29,106 bases of DNA from Pseudomonadales bacterium (GTDB taxonomy: Bacteria > Pseudomonadota > Gammaproteobacteria > Pseudomonadales > JAXHSS01): NCBI GenBank assembly GCA_052032465.1, contig JBPEWS010000130.1, positions 1 through 29,106 of the forward strand, read 5' to 3'. Of the stretch, positions 26,961-29,106 are shown piece after piece. Below the pieces are notes generated by a model. The model searched no databases. It saw nothing but the letters and a program-made list of their open reading frames with translations, and was not told the DNA's origin. Numbering within the stretch: the first letter of the stretch is position 1; every line of letters starts with the position of its first letter. The position numbers and the translations under genes are program-made.

Positions 26961-27434
26961 GTGAGAATTACCGTTTATTCCATCGCAGGAAAAATGCCCA
27001 AATGGGTGGATGAGGCCGTCTCTGAATACCAGAAACGGCTCAAGGCCTATGCGACGGTTAAATGGGTCGAGCTGCCTATGGCCAAGCGAGGTAAAACGGG
27101 TCACGCTGAGCAATGGCGTGAAATCGAAGCGCAGACCCTGCGAAGTAGAATCCCTGAACACAGCTTTCGGCTGCTTCTGGATGAAAAAGGCCGCTCCTAC
27201 AGCACCACGGCATTCGCTGAGCAATTAGCGCAAATTCAGCAAATTCCACAAGATATTGCCATCATCATTGGCGGGCCTGATGGCGTGGATGATCAATACA
27301 AACGAGAATGCCAGCAAATGATGGCCTTATCAGAGCTCACCTTCCCTCACCCATTGGTTCGTGTCATTCTCGCCGAGCAGCTATACCGCGCATTGTCATG
27401 GCTCGCTGGCCACCCATATCACCGTGATGGCTAA
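26961..27434 (+). CDS. rlmH: 23S rRNA (pseudouridine1915-N3)-methyltransferase
   Basis: KMPKWV...EY-x-KRL, LDEKG, IIGGPDG and LSELTFPHPLVRVILAEQLYRA...GHPYHR; GTG start. Confidence 0.97.
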   Translation: MRITVYSIAGKMPKWVDEAVSEYQKRLKAYATVKWVELPMAKRGKTGHAEQWREIEAQTLRSRIPEHSFRLLLDEKGRSYSTTAFAEQLAQIQQIPQDIAIIIGGPDGVDDQYKRECQQMMALSELTFPHPLVRVILAEQLYRALSWLAGHPYHRDG

Positions 27435-27436
27435 CG

Positions 27437-29106
27437 ATGTCAAAAAGCCTCACCACTGAAACCCAACTGACCAAGCGCCGTATTATTGAAGCGTGCTTAG
27501 TGATTGTTTTGGTGTTTATTGGCCTGACAATTCGCATGGCTTTTTTACAAGTTGCAGAATATGAAACCTATCGAACGCAGTCAGATAACAACCGAATTCT
27601 AAGCCAAGCGCTACCGCCGATGCGCGGTGAAATCTTAGACCGAAATGGCGTTCCAATTGCCATTAACCGTCCTGTGAAAACCTTACAAGTGACCAAAGAT
27701 CGTTTCAAGGATGCTGACACCGTCTTGGCCACCTTAGCGCCAATTATTGATCTGAGTCCATCCGAGCAAGAGAGTTTTCGCCAAGAATTTAGCACCACTC
27801 GCCATCCCCATGAGCCGATAACCATTAAGTATGACTTAACTGAGGAAGAAGAGGCGCGCATTGCCAGCCACGCCTACTGGCTCAGTGAGTTTGATGTCGC
27901 CACCGAGCTGGTCCGCTACTATCCTTTTAGCGAGCTTACGGGGCATTTGATCGGCTATGTAAACCGTATCAACCGCAATGATTTAGAGCGCATTGATCCA
28001 CAGCGTTATAAAAACACCCAGCATATTGGCCGAATCGGTCTGGAACAATATTACGAGGAACACCTTCATGGCTTTCCGGGTTTTCGTCAGGTTGAAAAAG
28101 ATGCCAATAACTACATTCATCGAGAGCTAGAAAGTCAGCCAGCAGTAGCCGGCAAGCCGCTTAAAATCAGCATTGATATTAAGCTTCAACAACTGGCTCA
28201 TGAGGCCATGGGAGATCGTCGTGGCTCTGTGGTAGCCATTGATACCGAGACAGGCGGAATCCTGACTTTTGTCAGCACGCCTTCTTTTGATCCCAATGCC
28301 TTTGTGAATGGCATCTCGCAAACGCAATACAATGCCTATCGAGACGATATCGACACCCCATTATTCAACCGCGCATTACGAGGCCAGTATCCGCCGGCAT
28401 CAACGATAAAACCGATGGTGGGTTTAGCATTACTTGAACATAATATCGTCGACTGGAACACGTCGATCTTCGATAAAGGCTGGTATCAGGTCAATGAAAA
28501 AAGTCGCTTTTATCGCGACTGGAAGCGCACAGGCCACGGTACAGTAGATCTAGATCATGCAATTGCCCAATCCTGCGACACGTATTTTTATGAATTTGGC
28601 TACGAGCTGGGCATCAACCGCATGAGTGAATTTCTTGGCCAGTTTAATTTGGGCAAGCCAACAGGCATTGACCTGTATGGAGAAAAGCCTGGCGTGTTAG
28701 CCAGCCGAGACTATAAAAAGACCCGTTTCGGCCAGCCGTGGTATATCGGAGACACGATTATTAGCTCTATCGGCCAAGGCTACATGCTGGCAACGCCCAT
28801 TCAGCTAGCTCACTTCACACAACTGATCGCTAATTCTGGTCGCGCCATTACGCCGCACCTAGCCTTAAACCAACAATTTCAATCAAAGCAGCAGGTTCAA
28901 TATATCACCCTCAAAGATCCGAAAGACTGGGAGAAAATGCACATATCGATGAACCATGTGATTGATTCAAGCTACGGCACAGCGCGTGGGCTCAGACGTG
29001 ATGCCACCGTTCGCATGGCAGGCAAATCAGGTACGGCGCAGGTGAAGAGCCTGCCCCAACCTGATGAGCAATACAGCGAGGACGAGCTTGCTGAGCGTCA
29101 TAAAGA
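27437..29106 (+). CDS. mrdA: penicillin-binding protein 2 (partial, runs off the window end)
   Basis: Not in the ORF track because no stop lies in the window. Manual translation from ATG 27437 gives an N-terminal TM, LPPMRGEILDRNG, RYYP...GHLIGYV, YPPASTIKP (SxxK), QSCDTYFY (SxD) and GKSGTAQ. Follows rsfS-rlmH as in E. coli. Confidence 0.96.
   Translation, partial: MSKSLTTETQLTKRRIIEACLVIVLVFIGLTIRMAFLQVAEYETYRTQSDNNRILSQALPPMRGEILDRNGVPIAINRPVKTLQVTKDRFKDADTVLATLAPIIDLSPSEQESFRQEFSTTRHPHEPITIKYDLTEEEEARIASHAYWLSEFDVATELVRYYPFSELTGHLIGYVNRINRNDLERIDPQRYKNTQHIGRIGLEQYYEEHLHGFPGFRQVEKDANNYIHRELESQPAVAGKPLKISIDIKLQQLAHEAMGDRRGSVVAIDTETGGILTFVSTPSFDPNAFVNGISQTQYNAYRDDIDTPLFNRALRGQYPPASTIKPMVGLALLEHNIVDWNTSIFDKGWYQVNEKSRFYRDWKRTGHGTVDLDHAIAQSCDTYFYEFGYELGINRMSEFLGQFNLGKPTGIDLYGEKPGVLASRDYKKTRFGQPWYIGDTIISSIGQGYMLATPIQLAHFTQLIANSGRAITPHLALNQQFQSKQQVQYITLKDPKDWEKMHISMNHVIDSSYGTARGLRRDATVRMAGKSGTAQVKSLPQPDEQYSEDELAERHK

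Noticed and set aside
24653-29106. proA without proB, fused into nadD-rsfS-rlmH-mrdA
   Set aside because: This is a common arrangement in Pseudomonadales/Oceanospirillales, where proB typically lies elsewhere.

Overview
A 29.1-kb chromosomal segment of a moderately AT-rich gammaproteobacterium. Gene content and order look Oceanospirillales/Pseudomonadales-like and probably marine; this is inferred, not database-checked. Left part (minus strand): a tightly packed run of lysR, pntAa-pntAb-pntB, smc-zipA-ligA, DUF1232, DUF2505, prmB-aroC-MFS, a FabK/nitronate-monooxygenase-like flavoprotein, a PaaI thioesterase and a partial NnrU-family gene. Right part: aceA (minus) divergent from proA-nadD-rsfS-rlmH-mrdA (plus; mrdA runs off the window). 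Between them (about 17.5-22.7 kb) is an accessory block: an orphan 4-TM protein, an exported DUF1254/DUF1214 protein, a lipid-anchored hydrolase carrying PETase/cutinase-family motifs (Ser164-Asp215-His246), an unknown lipoprotein, a nitroreductase and DoxX. The most interesting signals are the divergent PETase-like lipoprotein, a near-perfect PdhR/GlcC/LldR-type operator upstream of it, an approximately 110-nt plus-strand structured RNA candidate just past its stop codon, and a possible LysR-transhydrogenase-glyoxylate shunt regulatory module. No rRNA, tRNA, CRISPR array, integrase or transposase was seen. All family assignments come from motif recognition by eye, without database searches.
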